64,000 nt of DNA from Rebecca billardiae RCC1528 (taxonomy: Eukaryota; Protista; Haptophyta). The number at the start of each line of letters is the position of its first letter. Position 1 is the stretch's first letter. The translations under genes were made by a program, and so were the position numbers. The notes beneath the pieces are model-generated. The model searched no databases. It saw only the letters and a program-made list of their open reading frames with translations, and was not told the origin of the DNA. Positions 20,785 through 32,887 of the stretch are shown here, in pieces. The stretch is taken from contig OZ251224.1 in the NCBI GenBank assembly GCA_965240325.2, forward strand, positions 2,480,001-2,544,000, given 5' to 3'.

Positions 20785-23700
20785 TGCGGAGGACGCAGAC
20801 GACGACGCGGACGCGGCTGCCGCGCTCGGCGCGGCACGGCGCGCAGGCGATTTTGTGGTCCTGCACGCCAGCGCCAAGGCGGCGTTCGAGTGGACGGCGG
20901 AGGCCTTCACCTTCGTCGCGTACGTGCGCGTGCCCGCGGGGCACGGGGTGTACCGCATCGACGCGCAGGTGCGCGCGCTGCAGCGGCGGCTCGCGGCCGG
21001 CGACGGCGCACAGGCGTTGCGCTCGCTAGGCGGCGCGGCTGTGCTGAGCAGGCCGCCACCGCCGCCGCACGTGCGCGGCGGCGGCAGCAGCGGCGGCGGC
21101 GGCAGCGGCGGCGGCGTGGCCGCGGCGCTCGCCGCGGCGGCGCCCGGCGGCGCGCGCGCGCCGCCAGCCCCCGCCGCCCCGCCCGCCTCCGCCGAGGCGC
21201 GCGAAAGGGCGTGCGCCTCCATCCTCGGCTCAGCGGCCACCGAGTTTCTGCAGCTGCTGGCTCGGGAGAGGGACCTGGCCAACCCGAAGCAGAGCGCGGC
21301 GGAGGAGGAGCTCTGGGCGCGCGCGCACGTCGCGAGGCTCATCGAGGGCGCGGGCGACGGCGCCACCAACGCCGACGCCGCCGCCGCCGCGGGCTACGGC
21401 CAAGCAGCACCCTACGGCTATCGCCTGCGGTGCGCGCACGCGCGCGCGCGCGTGGCGCGGGCGCGCGCGCACACCGCGCAGGACGCCAGCGCGTGTGCTG
21501 GGCGGGCGCGACCTGCGGCGCGCGCCATCGGCTTGTTCCCGCGCGCCCGCCTCCGCTCACCCGCCGCCGCGCCGCGCCGCCGCCCGCCCGCCCGCGCGCT
21601 GTGGCCACCCGCCCACCGGCTGTGCCGCGCGCCCGCCTCCGGTGCCTCACTCGACCTCGCGCGTGCGCGCGCGCGCTGCGCTCGCCTCGCCAGCTGCGAC
21701 GCGTGCGAGTCGTCGATCTTCGACATGCACTGGTCGTGCGCCTGCGGCGAGTTCGACCTCTGCCTCGATTGCCACGCGGCGCGCGTGCAGCTCGACGATC
21801 GGGCGTGCCCGCTCGCTGACGCCGCGCCGGACGGCAGCGTGCCGCCGCCGGCCGGCGCGGGCGCGGACGGCAGCGTGCCGCCGCCGGCCGGCGCGGGCGC
21901 GCAGCCGCCAGCCGCTGCGCCCAGCTCGCCCGGGGGCGGCCGCGCGGCGGCCGGGCAGCCGAGCGCTGCTCGTGCCGTGCCGCAGCCGGCCGCGCCCGCC
22001 GCACCGGCCGTCGGCGCGCGCGCGCGAGCCGCCGAGGCGTCGGCAACCTCGGCCCTTCCCGCCGCGCCCGCCGCAGCCGTGCCCGCCGCCGCGCTGCCGG
22101 CGGCCGCACCGCCAGCGGCTGCCGACGTAGCAGCGGCGGCAGCCAGCCGCGCCGGCGGCGGCCGCAGCGCGCAGCTGCGCAGCCCTGTGCTCTCGGGAGC
22201 CTCGGGCGCGTGCGCTCACGTCGTCAACGCCCCCGCTGTCTCCGAGGCGCGTGCTCTCGGCGTGGCCACGCCCGCGCGCGCGCACGCGGCCTCGGAGGAG
22301 GGAGTGACCGCCGCGCCCGCGGCCACGGCCGCCGCGAACCATGACGGGCCGGCGGCGCGCGCACGCGTGCGCACGCCCGCGGCGACAGCCGGCGGCGCGC
22401 TCGCGCCCGCGGATGCGCGCGCGCGCGCCGCGGACGCTGCGCCCATGAGCGGCGCGCTGAGCGACAGTGACTGCGGCGCGGCCTGCGGCGCGGGCGTGCG
22501 CGCGGGCGCGCCTCGCGCCGACGGCGCCGCCGCATCCGACTCCTCGCCGCCGTGCGCCGCGGCGGCGCGCGCGGCGGCGCACGGCCGCGGCGGCGCGGCG
22601 GCCGCGCCGACGCCGCGCACCAAGCCGCGCCCCATCACGCTTCGAATGTTTGGACACGCGTGCGTGCGGCGCGCGCGCGTGCTCGCACCGTCAGAGGTGA
22701 GTCGCGTGGAGGACGCCATCCAGCTGCTGCGCCAGCTGCACAGCGCGCGGTCGGGGCAGCGCTCGATGATCCAGCGCCGGCAGAGCACGCCGGCGGGCGG
22801 CGTGGCGGCACTCGGCGGCGCCGCCGGCGCGTCGCCCGCGAGCGTGCCCACACTTGACGGCTCGGATGCGGCGGACTGCGAGCGCTTCCGAGCGTTGTGG
22901 CGGCAGCGCGTGCCTTTGCTGGTGAGGGGTTTGCGTGGCCGGCTCCGCGCGGACTGGGCGCCGACCGCGTTCCTCCGCGCGTTCGGGCCTGAGCCCGTGA
23001 AGGTGAGCGACCGCCCTGCCCTCGCCCGACCCTTCGCCCGAAGCACACACTCATCACCTCAGATGGCGCGGGCGCGCGCGGCCGTGCGCGGCTGAGCGCG
23101 GGCGAGCGTTGTTGACGGCGCGTCTCTCACGCGCCGCGCTGCGGCACGGCGCCGCGCCCCGCGCCTTGCCCCCGCCCCCGCTCGCGCGCGCGCGCCCGCG
23201 CCGCAGCTGTGGGACGCGAATACCGACGGCTTCGCGCCGCAGCTCACCCTCGCGCATTTCTGCATGGGCTACCTAGGGCACGCGTTCGCGCCAACCGACG
23301 GCCGCACCGGCGCCGCGCGTCTGCTCAAGCTGAAGGACTTCCCCATCGATTCTCACTTCTGCACCAAGCTGCCGCCGTGCTACTACGACGACGTGCTCGC
23401 GGTGCGCGCGCGCGCGCGCCGCCGCGCGGGGCCCCGCGCGCCGATGCCGCGCGCGCTCGCACCCGCTCGCGCGAGCGAGGCAGCGCGCTTGCCGCCGGGT
23501 GGCTCATCACGGCGCTCCGCGCGCGCGCCGGCGGCGCGCGCCCGCCACTCACTCCCCGGCCGATGGCGCAGTGCATCCCCGAGCCGATGGCGCCGCACCT
23601 GCGGCACGACGGCGCGCTCAACCTCGCCTCCTACTTCCCGCCGCTGCTCGTCCCTCCCGACCTCGGGCCGAAACTGTATGTGGCGATGGGCTACTCGCCC

Positions 23701-25553
23701 GATTCCGGCCGATTCACCGAGACGAATCTGCATTGCGACGTGTCCGATGCGTTCAACCTGCTCGTACGGCGCGCCGCGGCGGCGCGCGCCGACGCGGGGC
23801 TGCTCGGCTGCCGCGCGCCGCGCCGCGGCTGGCCCCTCGCCCGCGCACCATCCACCACCGCCGCGCCCATCGCGAGCTCAAGCCCGCCGCCGCCCGCGCG
23901 CACGCCGTGTGCCGCCCCCGCTCCCCCGTCCGCGCGCCGGGCGCTTGGCGCGCCGTCGCAGGTGCACTGTGGCGAGCCGTGCGCGGAGGTGCCGGAGGAG
24001 GAGGGCGTGGAGGCGGGGGCGGCGGTGGGCGCGGTGTGGGACGTGTGGCGCGCGGAGGACTCCGCCTCTCTCAACGCTTTCCTCAAGGTGCGCACGCGCA
24101 TGCGGCGCGTGACGATTGGACGGGGCGCGCCGGACGCGGGGGACAGACCGGCCGGCCTCGCAGCCGCGCGTGGCTGACTTTCATGGCTGCTCTGCCGTGG
24201 CCAGCCAGCCCGCCGTGGTCTGCCAGCCACGCCCGGAGCCAGCCGCGCCCTGTGCGCGCGCGCTCGCGCGCTCGCCTCACCTCGGCCGCCCCCCGCCGAC
24301 CGCCCCTTCCGCCCGCCGCCGCGCGCGGCGGCCGCGGCCGCGCCGCTCCGGCCGCACGCGCGCGCCCGCAGCTGCGCGCGCGCGAGGTGAATTTGACGGA
24401 GCCCCTCTCGCAGCGGCCGATCCACGACCAAGTGTTCTACCTCTCGCGCAAGGAGCGGCGGCGCGTCGAGGCGGAGTACGGCATCGTCTCGCAGCGCATC
24501 TGGCAGCGCCTCGGCGAGATGGTCGTGATCCCCGCCGGCTGCCCGCACCAGGTGCGCAACCTGTCACCTTGCGTGAAGGTTGCCATGGATTTCGTTTCTC
24601 CGGAGAACGTCTCGCGCTGCCTCGAGCTCGGGAGCGAGTTCAAGCTGCTCCGCTCGGGGCACCACCTGTCGGAGGACAAGCTGCAGCTGCCGGCCATGCT
24701 CTTCCACGCGCTCAGGGCCGTGCTGCTCGACGAGCAGCACGGCGCACCGGCCGACGCTGAGCGGCGCGCGCGCGCGGCCGGTGCCGAGCGCGCGCCGCCT
24801 GACGCGCCCGCGCCCGCGCCTGCGCCGCGTGGGGATGAGCGCAGCGGCGCCGCGCCGGCGGCCGGCGAGATCGCGATCTCGCGCGACGGAGCAGCAGCGG
24901 CGGCGGCCGCCGCCGCCGGCGGCTCGAGCAGCGCCGCGCGCGCGCGGGCCGCACCCGACGTTCGCGGGGCGGAGACAAGCGGCGCGGCGCCAGCGGGTGA
25001 TGTGCACTGGTGCGAAGCGCCCGCCGCCGCCGCCGCCGATTCGAGCGGCGACGGCGGCGCGCGCAGCCACAGCGGCAACGGCTGCTGCCCCGCGGAGCAG
25101 ACTCCGATGGAGGTGTGCGCGGCCGCAGGGAGCGACGACGGCGCCGACTGCCCGCCCGGCTCGGCACCTCCGGCGGCAGCACCGACCGAGGGTACGCCGT
25201 GCGCGCCCGCCGAGCACGGCGCGCCTCACTGTCTGGCCGCCAAGGCCAGCGGCGGCGCCCGGTCGGCGGCGGGCGCGCCAGGCGGCGCGGCGCTCGCTAC
25301 GCCGCACGCCGGCGAGCACGACGGCCGGTGCGCGGAACCCGTGACGCCGCCGCCGCCGCCGGCCGGCGAGGAGGCGGATGCCAACTCGACGCCCCGATCG
25401 GGGCGCGCGGATGGCAACAACTCGCCGCTGCCACAGCCACCGCCTGTGTCAGGCGCGGCTGCCGAGTGCCGCGCGGCTCCGACCCAGCAAGTGAGCGCGC
25501 TCCTCAGCGCAGCGGTCCCAGCCGTCGGCTGCAAGCCACCCACGCGAGTGTGA
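19901..25553 (+). CDS. KDM3/JHDM2-type JmjC histone demethylase with N-terminal PHD finger (6 exons; introns 21430-21693, 23003-23206, 23402-23571, 23764-23961, 24088-24371)
   Basis: PHD finger CLC..CAGC..H..C..CIRC; zinc finger CDACESSIFDMHWSC..CLDC; FRALWRQRVPLLVRG, LKLKDFP, GALNLASYFP, PDLGPKLYVA, NLHCDVSDA, GAVWDVW, PIHDQ and IPAGCPHQVRNL..KVAMDFVSPEN. Fe ligands H-x-D...H are intact. Confidence 0.92.
20689..20792 (+). repeat. (GCGGAC)n coding hexamer repeat giving poly-(Ala-Asp)
   Basis: Direct read; ADADAD tract in the ORF. Confidence 0.95.
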
Positions 25554-26484
25554 CGCAGGAACGATATATACTATGCAGTATGGCTTATTCAATATATAGA
25601 GATCAGTCGTCAGCTGAGATCGACTCGGATTCATTGAATGCCTGAGACACGTCGTGCTGTATCATAATCAGTTGCATCAGTGTCGACATGACGATCACGA
25701 ATCACGATGGATCGGACGCTTAGACCCTAGCAGTAGGTTTACATCACGGCGGGGGTAGCTGTCCTCAACGACGTCACTCGCCGCAGCGGAGTGCTGATGA
25801 CAAGCCTAGCCTTTGATATATGATCGGCCGGGACGAGACTGCTCGGGTACTCGTCTGTCTCGTGTGTCACGGCAGTCCAATGCGGGAGTGCGGCTCCGCA
25901 GGCATCCGGACACCGGGGCGTCAGCATGCCGACGCCGACGGCGCGCCGCTTCAGGCCGCGCGCAGCAGCGCACGGTTACCCCGGAGTGGGTCGCGACGCT
26001 GTCGCAGGAGGGCGTGGGCTCACAGAACTGGTGATCTAGCACATGGTCGGCTGATGAGACTGATCGCGTGCAGAGCTCAGCTATCAGATAGGTGCATGAC
26101 AACACGGGTGCTTTGTGAGAACGCGTAGCATGTGCCAGGCACCGAACGCAGGTGAATGGACTCGTGGAGCAGAGAACGCGTGGTATATGCCTGGACTAGG
26201 TCGTCAAGTAAGTCCAGCGAGCTACTGCGGCCCTTCCTGCCCGGTCTCAAGCATTCCTGGCCCACCCAACATGCGCGCACAGCTTCACGACCGCACGTGC
26301 ACGGTTCGTCCAGAAAACGGCATGTGCCCAGATCTGGGCTATGACGAAGTCGAGCACGTTGCTCACCAACGCGATGGCCGATGACGATGAGACTTCGTGT
26401 GCCTACCTTTAACTCCACGCTGGTTGGCGTGGTGGCGTCGTGGGCGGGCTAGTCCGCCATGGCTGGACGTGAGAGCTACTGCTT

Positions 26485-29186
26485 TCAGCCGAGAGAGGTG
26501 GCATTGCCACCTCTCGCGCGAGTTGGGGAAACGTTGAGTTCCCGAGTTTTTATACGGGGCGGCAATTTCTGGCGCGCGCAATCTTCCGATTTTAAGGCGG
26601 TGGGTGGCGCCGCCGCCGTCGCGCTCTCGACGCGCGCGAGCTGCGCGCGCGCGGCGGCGGTTTTGGCCGCGCGGCACTGGGCCGGCTGGGTCCGCACGGC
26701 CGAGGAGGCCACTCTTGCCGCGGTGGTCGTGGCGCGGGGACGTCCCCGCCGCTCGCCAACCTCCCGCGAGCGCCTCGCGCCGCCTCGCGCCGCCTTCACG
26801 CCATCTCCGCGTGCCAACTGCACGCTCTGGACGCCTCGGCGGCAGAGACGCGCGCGGCGCGGTTGTGTGCCGTGTAGACTGGGCCCATGCGCGTCCGCTG
26901 TCGGTGCGCCCCGGCCACGCGCGCGCGCAGCCCAGACCTCTCGCCTCACGCGTCGCCGCTGAGCACGGCTGTGCACCTCAGTCTGCCGTGGTGCCGCGCG
27001 CGCGGCCGAGCGAGCAGGCGGCGCGTTGTGGAGCGTGTGACGCACGAGACGGGGAGGCGTCCGAGCGTCCGAGCCACCGCCGACCGGCGGCGCGCACTCG
27101 ATTGGCTTGAGCCATCGGCGCCGACGGCGCGCGCGCGCTGAGCCAGCTGAAGGCTTGTGCGCCATGGCACGGCAGCCGCCAATCGCGGCCTGCGGCCGTA
27201 CTGTGCGGCAGGCGCGCTCGGTGCGGGCGCTTCGGGGCGTGGCCTCACGAGACCGGAGCCCCTGGAAGCGCGACGCCTATGAGCTCGCCCCGGCCTGAGT
27301 GAGCGCGCATCTGTCAGTGATCGGCACACGCAGCAGCACGGGGTGGCCGTCGTCATGAGCCATGGCCTTGACACGGCCGCGCTGAGCGCGCCACGACACA
27401 CCGCACGGCGCCGCGTGAAGAGTAGATGTATGACCCCCGGCACTTACCTTGGCCCGTGTGCTCTTGCGCGCACGCATGCGAGCACTCGCATGCTGCCGCG
27501 CACCTGCCTGACGCGTTTCATCTGAGCGTCTGTCCGATGCCAGCCACGTGCTTCCATTGACAGAGAGAGTGACTATACCAGTCAGTAGTCGTAACCCTCC
27601 AGTTGAACCGCACAGTTCCATGGTTGCAGTGCTGCTGGTCCGCTGACTCCGAGGCGGGCGCGCCACGGCAGCTCTCTCTCTCACGGCGCACGGTCCTTGT
27701 GCGCCGGGAGCAGCCGCGTCTGCGCAGACCCACTGCTTACCAGGAAGTTTGAGACTGTATCTCCTTCCATCCCATCTGCTGCAACGTCTACCACGGCTGG
27801 TAGCCTGCTGACCCAGACGACCAGCGAGCAAGTATGTCTCCTCGGTGAGCGCGAGCGAGCGCTGCTACTGACACTCGATTCGTGCGCACACGCGCCCGCC
27901 CGACGCACTCTCACGTTGGCCCGAGGTGGCGTATGCGCGCGCCCGCGTGCGATGATGCCAACTGCTGCTCAGGTCATCCGACATGGGCTGAATAGTGGGT
28001 CGTGCTACCTGGCCGCGCGGCGCTCGAAGCTCGCGTTTCTGGCTGGCACGAGCGTTTCAAGGTGTCAGCGTAGGTGAAGGGTGGGATACTGGGATCCCAG
28101 CCTTCTGCCGGTACGGAGACAGCGCACACGCACGCGTGGCGCCTGCGCCGCCGGCCATCGCACACAGCCCTGCTTAATGGTCTCGCATGCGCCAGCATGA
28201 CCGTGCACGCCTAGCGCCGCACCATGCAGGTGAGAACTTCAAAAGTGCGCATGCTCGCTTGTTCTTCGTGCCTGGTCGACACCCAACGTGGGAGCGCTCA
28301 GCACGGAGCTCATGACGACGGCCACCCCGTGCTGCTGCGTGTGCCGATCACTGACAGATGCGCGCTCACTCAGGCCGGGGCGAGCTCATAGGCGTCGCGC
28401 TTCCAGGGGCTCCGGTCTCGTGAGGCCACGCCCCGAAGCGCCCGCACCGAGCGCGCCTGCCGCACAGTACGGCCGCAGGCCGCGATTGGCGGCTGCCGTG
28501 CCATGGCGCACAAGCCTTCAGCTGGCTCAGCGCGCGCGCGCCGTCGGCGCCGATGGCTCAAGCCAATCGAGTGCGCGCCGCCGGTCGGCGGTGGCTCGGA
28601 CGCTCGGACGCCTCCCCGTCTCGTGCGTCACACGCTCCACAACGCGCCGCCTGCTCGCTCGGCCGCGCGCGCGGCACCACGGCAGACTGAGGTGCACAGC
28701 CGTGCTCAGCGGCGACGCGTGAGGCGAGAGGTCTGGGCTGCGCGCGCGCGTGGCCGGGGCGCACCGACAGCGGACGCGCATGGCCCCAGTCTACACGGCA
28801 CACAACCGCGCCGCGCGCGTCTCTGCCGCCGAGGCGTCCAGAGCGTGCAGTTGGCGCGCGGAGATGGCGTGAAGGCGGCGCGAGGCGGCGCGAGGCGCTC
28901 GCGGGAGGTTGGCGAGCGGCGGGGACGTCCCCGCGCCACGACCACCGCGGCAAGAGTGGCCTCCTCGGCCGTGCGGACCCAGCCGGCCCAGTGCCGCGCG
29001 GCCAAAACCGCCGCCGCGCGCGCGCAGCTCGCGCGCGTCGAGAGCGCGACGGCGGCGGCGCCACCCACCGCCTTAAAATCGGCGGAAGATTGCGCGCGCC
29101 AGAAATTGCCGCCCCGTGTAAAAACTCGGGAACTCAACGTTTCCCCAACTCGCGCGAGAGGTGGCAATGCCACCTCTCTCGGCTGA
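26485..29186. mobile_element. Non-autonomous foldback element with ~876-bp terminal inverted repeats and 4-bp TSD (GCTT)
   Basis: 26485-27360 is the near-perfect reverse complement of 28308-29186. Termini are TCAGCCGAGAGAGG...CCTCTCTCGGCTGA, with GCTT at 26481-26484 and 29187-29190. Confidence 0.9.
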
Positions 29187-29214
29187 GCTTGGATTTTCCG
29201 TCCAGAAATAGGCC

Positions 29215-29320
29215 TGTGGTGTCAAGGCACAGTACTAGGTGTCTCCCGTCCTACCTGTGTCGTTAAATCATAGAATGGGTCAGTGGTTTGAGGTTGGGTG
29301 AGGGTGGTGGTTGGTTAGGC
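29215..29320. repeat. Truncated copy of the right subterminal region of the 48-50 kb element
   Basis: GTGTCAAGGCAC..CTAGGTGTCTC..GGTCAGTGGTTT..GAGGTTRGGTGAGGGTGGTG matches about 49930-49997. Confidence 0.75.
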
Positions 29321-29459
29321 TACAGTCTGACCCAGGTGATTGCCGTCGTCTACCTGCGACCGCGACTCAGCAGAGTCGTCGATCCGTCAGTGCCGAACGC
29401 TGGTTGGGGCTAGGCAGCCTGCATTCGCTTGTCTACGACGCGCAGCGCGCGCGCGCTGT

Positions 29460-29940
29460 CGTGAGCGCGCGATCTTCGGACAAATCGCGGGTGTTAAGGC
29501 GTGTGTGCCAAGGGTATGGACACAACCCTCCAAAGAAGCAAAGACACCCGCGAATAGCCCCCTCTCTCGCCTCGGACGACGCTCGCACGCACGTCGCATG
29601 GCCAGGTGCATTGTGCCAAGGCGCGCCGCGTGTGCGCGTCGTGGTCTGCTCGCGCCCCGCGCGCTAGAACGCGGGTCTTCGGGCATGTATGCCGAGAGTA
29701 GTAGCAAGGGGCCTTGCCCAAACGAAGACACCCGCGAAATATCCGCTCTCTCGACTCAGGCGACGGCGCACGCAGAGGTGCACAACCAGCTTTGTTGCAC
29801 TCGGGAAGGTAGCATACGCGCGTCGTGAGCGCACGGTCTGGGGACATTTTCGCGGGTGTTAAGGTCTGTGTGGGGGCTCGGTGGACACAACCCCACATTC
29901 AAAGCTTAACACCCGCGAATTTCCCCCTCTCTCGCCCCTC
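29460..29940. repeat. Degenerate direct repeats of a stem-loop module (CGCGGGTGT...ACACCCGCG)
   Basis: Copies at about 29461-29573 and 29825-29938, with a partial copy near 29722-29757. The second copy has a 15-bp perfect stem TTCGCGGGTGTTAAG/CTTAACACCCGCGAA. Confidence 0.7.
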
Positions 29941-32106
29941 ACGCGGGCGCTCGCGGCGGCGCCGGTCGGTTCGGCGCCCGCGCGTGCCGCGCGGCGCGTG
30001 GCGCACCCGGTGGGCTCGGCGGCGGGCGCGGGCGCGGCGGCAGTCGACCGACGACCCGGTTGAAGCGTCGACAGCATGGCAGCGCCGCGCGCGTCGAATT
30101 GGCGGCGTGAACGCCCGCGGCGGAGCGGCGCTCGGGAGCGGGAGGGAGGGGGCGGCCTCGGCGTCGCTGGGAACTCAGCGGCCCTCGCCCCCGGCACGAT
30201 GGAGTCGGTACCATGACCTCGGTCACTGGAAAGCGGCAGGCCCCTTATAACGGGGGTGGACTCCATTTTTAACTTTGCGACGGCGCGAAAAGGGAAAGAG
30301 AGAGGGAGGAAGAGGGAGGAAGAAGGGGGAGAAGAGGGAGGGAAAAAGAGGGAGAAAGGAAAGAGAGAGGGAGGAATTGGAGGATGTGAATATGCGGTTA
30401 TCACTCTCACGCGGGCCGCACCGGCGGTCGGCGGAGGTGTCACTCACCGTCAGCCCACGCCACAACGGTACTTACCGCGCGCCTCACCGCAGTCACCGCT
30501 GCTTACCACTGCTACGCCAGCACAGTCCCTGCGGCCTGCCTGATTAGTGATTGCGCGCGCGCCCACGCCCACGCGGCACACGGCCACGCACCCGGCCACA
30601 CCTGCCACACGCACTGTCAGCAGTGTGAGTGGGGCGGTGCGCGCGGCCAGGCACACGCGCCGGCCACGGCCGCAACCTCGCGCGACGGCCACTGCTGTGG
30701 CGCCACTGCTGCGGCGCCGCACGCGGGTGCTGCTCCGCGCGCGCGGCTCTCTCCCCCTCCGCCGCGATGATACACACCGCGCGCAGCACGCGTCGCTGCG
30801 CCCGTGCGCCGTGGGCACACATAATCCAGGTTGAGCGTCGCCGAGGTGTTGGCGAGGAGCGCCGCCGCCAGCGCAGTCATCGGCTGTAACACTCGACCCA
30901 CCGCCACCAGCCGCATCGCTTGGACTGGCACCGTCATGGCGACAGACGGCGTGAGGGGGCGATGCAGGCGGGTTGCTGTAAGCGACAGCGTCCCGGCCGC
31001 GCTCCGCTCACGCAGTGCCATCCGCTGCGCCATTTGCACAGCGACTCACGCCGCACTGCCAGCATGCACTGCCCTGTCCTGAGACTTAGAACTTGCATTG
31101 GCTGCTGACATCGGCAGTGCCATCACTGTCACTGCCAAACTGTCGAGAGGTGCACATGAAGCAGCGGCTCCGGCCGTGACGCGCGGCCCTCTAATCTCTA
31201 TCCGTACTTCTGAGTAAATTTGACTGAGTATGATTCTATCAGTGAGTCTGGAGCGTGCTCACACTCGAGTCTCGATGCTGCCGGCGCTGCGGCGCAGTCG
31301 CCAGTCGGCGCCGTGCCATGTGGCACATGATGCCGATCAGCCGATCAGAAGCTGAAGCGTGATGACGACGATAACACGGCGCCGGCAAAGCAGGACTTGA
31401 GAGCACTGCAGCACTCTGCACTGCTACGTCGCGACGACAATGAGATGGAGAACAACTACGCAGGTGAGCGCCAAATGGCAGCAGCAGCTGACGGTGCGCA
31501 GCAGCCGATTGCGTTTCGCCGTTATGCCCAGGCAGCATATCCCGGCGGGGCGTTGTGATGTTGAGATGATTGACCTCGTTGAAGCGCGCTCGGCCGCACC
31601 TCGACCACCGCACAACGATGCAGATTGGCGGCGTGAGCGTAGCAGTGGCCACAAGATCGCTCGCAGCTTCAGGCGACCCACACACGGCGAGCTCGATGCA
31701 AGACGTGAAATGTATGCGAGAGTGGCGAGCGCTCGCCTGACTCGCGAAGACGCCAGACGATGGGGGTGTCGGAACACCCGAATCATCGTCACCCGCCCGT
31801 GCGAGAGCGCGCGCTGCGACCCGGCCGCGTGGCCACTGCGAGGAGCGGATGGAGGAGACGATCCTGCCATCGGAAAGGGTTGAGCAGAGCTCCCTGCTCA
31901 CGATGCATCGCATCGCATCGGGATAGCAAGCCGCTGGAACGCCCGCAGGCCGCGGAACCCGCACGAGCGTGGCTGACGAAAGACATGATGCGTTGACGCG
32001 TCGTGCCACAACCGGGCCGCGAGGGCCGGTGCGCTTCGCGAACCGTCGCAACTTTCGTCCATATCTGGAGACTGGTGTTTGGTATGAGCGAGCGGCTTCT
32101 CTATTG

Positions 32107-32292
32107 AACCCAGTGCCACCTCTATTCGAACCCAGTGCCACCTCTAAGTGACCCAGTGCCACCCTTCTATGAACCCAGTGCCACTTCTTCTATGATGACA
32201 TATGGGGACCCAGTGCCACTGCTACCCGCCTGGCACTGGGTTTGCTATTGATTTTCATATTGGTAACCCAGTGCCACCCACCCCCGGCACAG
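32107..32292. repeat. Cluster of ACCCAGTGCCAC repeats (6 direct, 1 inverted), probably a transposon subterminal region
   Basis: Copies at about 32108, 32130, 32151, 32173, 32208 and 32266; inverted TGGCACTGGGT at 32231. Confidence 0.8.
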
Positions 32293-32334
32293 AAGGCCTG
32301 CCGGAGTTGCCGTCCTATCCCCTTTCATTCCTTT

Positions 32335-32427
32335 GGAGGCCACTCGAGCGACTTCGTGTCAGGCGAGGCAGATCGCGCCAGTGGCGCGATCTGCCTCGCC
32401 TGACACGAAGTCGCTCGAGCGGCCTCC
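32335..32427. repeat. 93-bp near-perfect palindrome
   Basis: 46-bp arms around G32381 with one mismatch. Confidence 0.95.
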
Positions 32428-32887
32428 TTTGGTGGAACGGGTGGGGAACGGTTCCCCACCGCCCTTGGTTCCCCTTTTATTATAATAACTCCGCCCCGGA
32501 CTCGTGTGAGTTATTAGGTCGGGTCGCCTGAAGCCCTGAACGGGTGGATCACCAACGATGGGTGAGCTGTGATGTTCATCAATGGACTAATTGCATATTA
32601 CATATACGGGCTCATGTGTGTGTCATCCCTGATTATCATTATTTTATCATTTGTACCAATCGATGAGGCAGTATGGATGACCGTTCAGCTCATTAGTTTC
32701 GTGAGTTGAGTAATGCACGGGTAGTGGGCGTAAGACTCTACGAATGATGTATGGACATCTTATATTTTGACGAATCTTCCCGCCTGTGATCATGTGCTGC
32801 ATAACCGATGCTGGGAACGGTAACATACGAGTAGGTCGACGACGACGCGGCCGTTCTTCGCAGCTTCAACTCGCCGTGCCTCGTCGA

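Noticed and set aside
25700-26480. Possible gene or transposase fragment
   Set aside because: Only short ORFs without motifs; cannot be supported.
31239-32162. 307-aa minus-strand ORF as a transposase
   Set aside because: No DDE, HUH or other motif seen; it starts within the repeat cluster.
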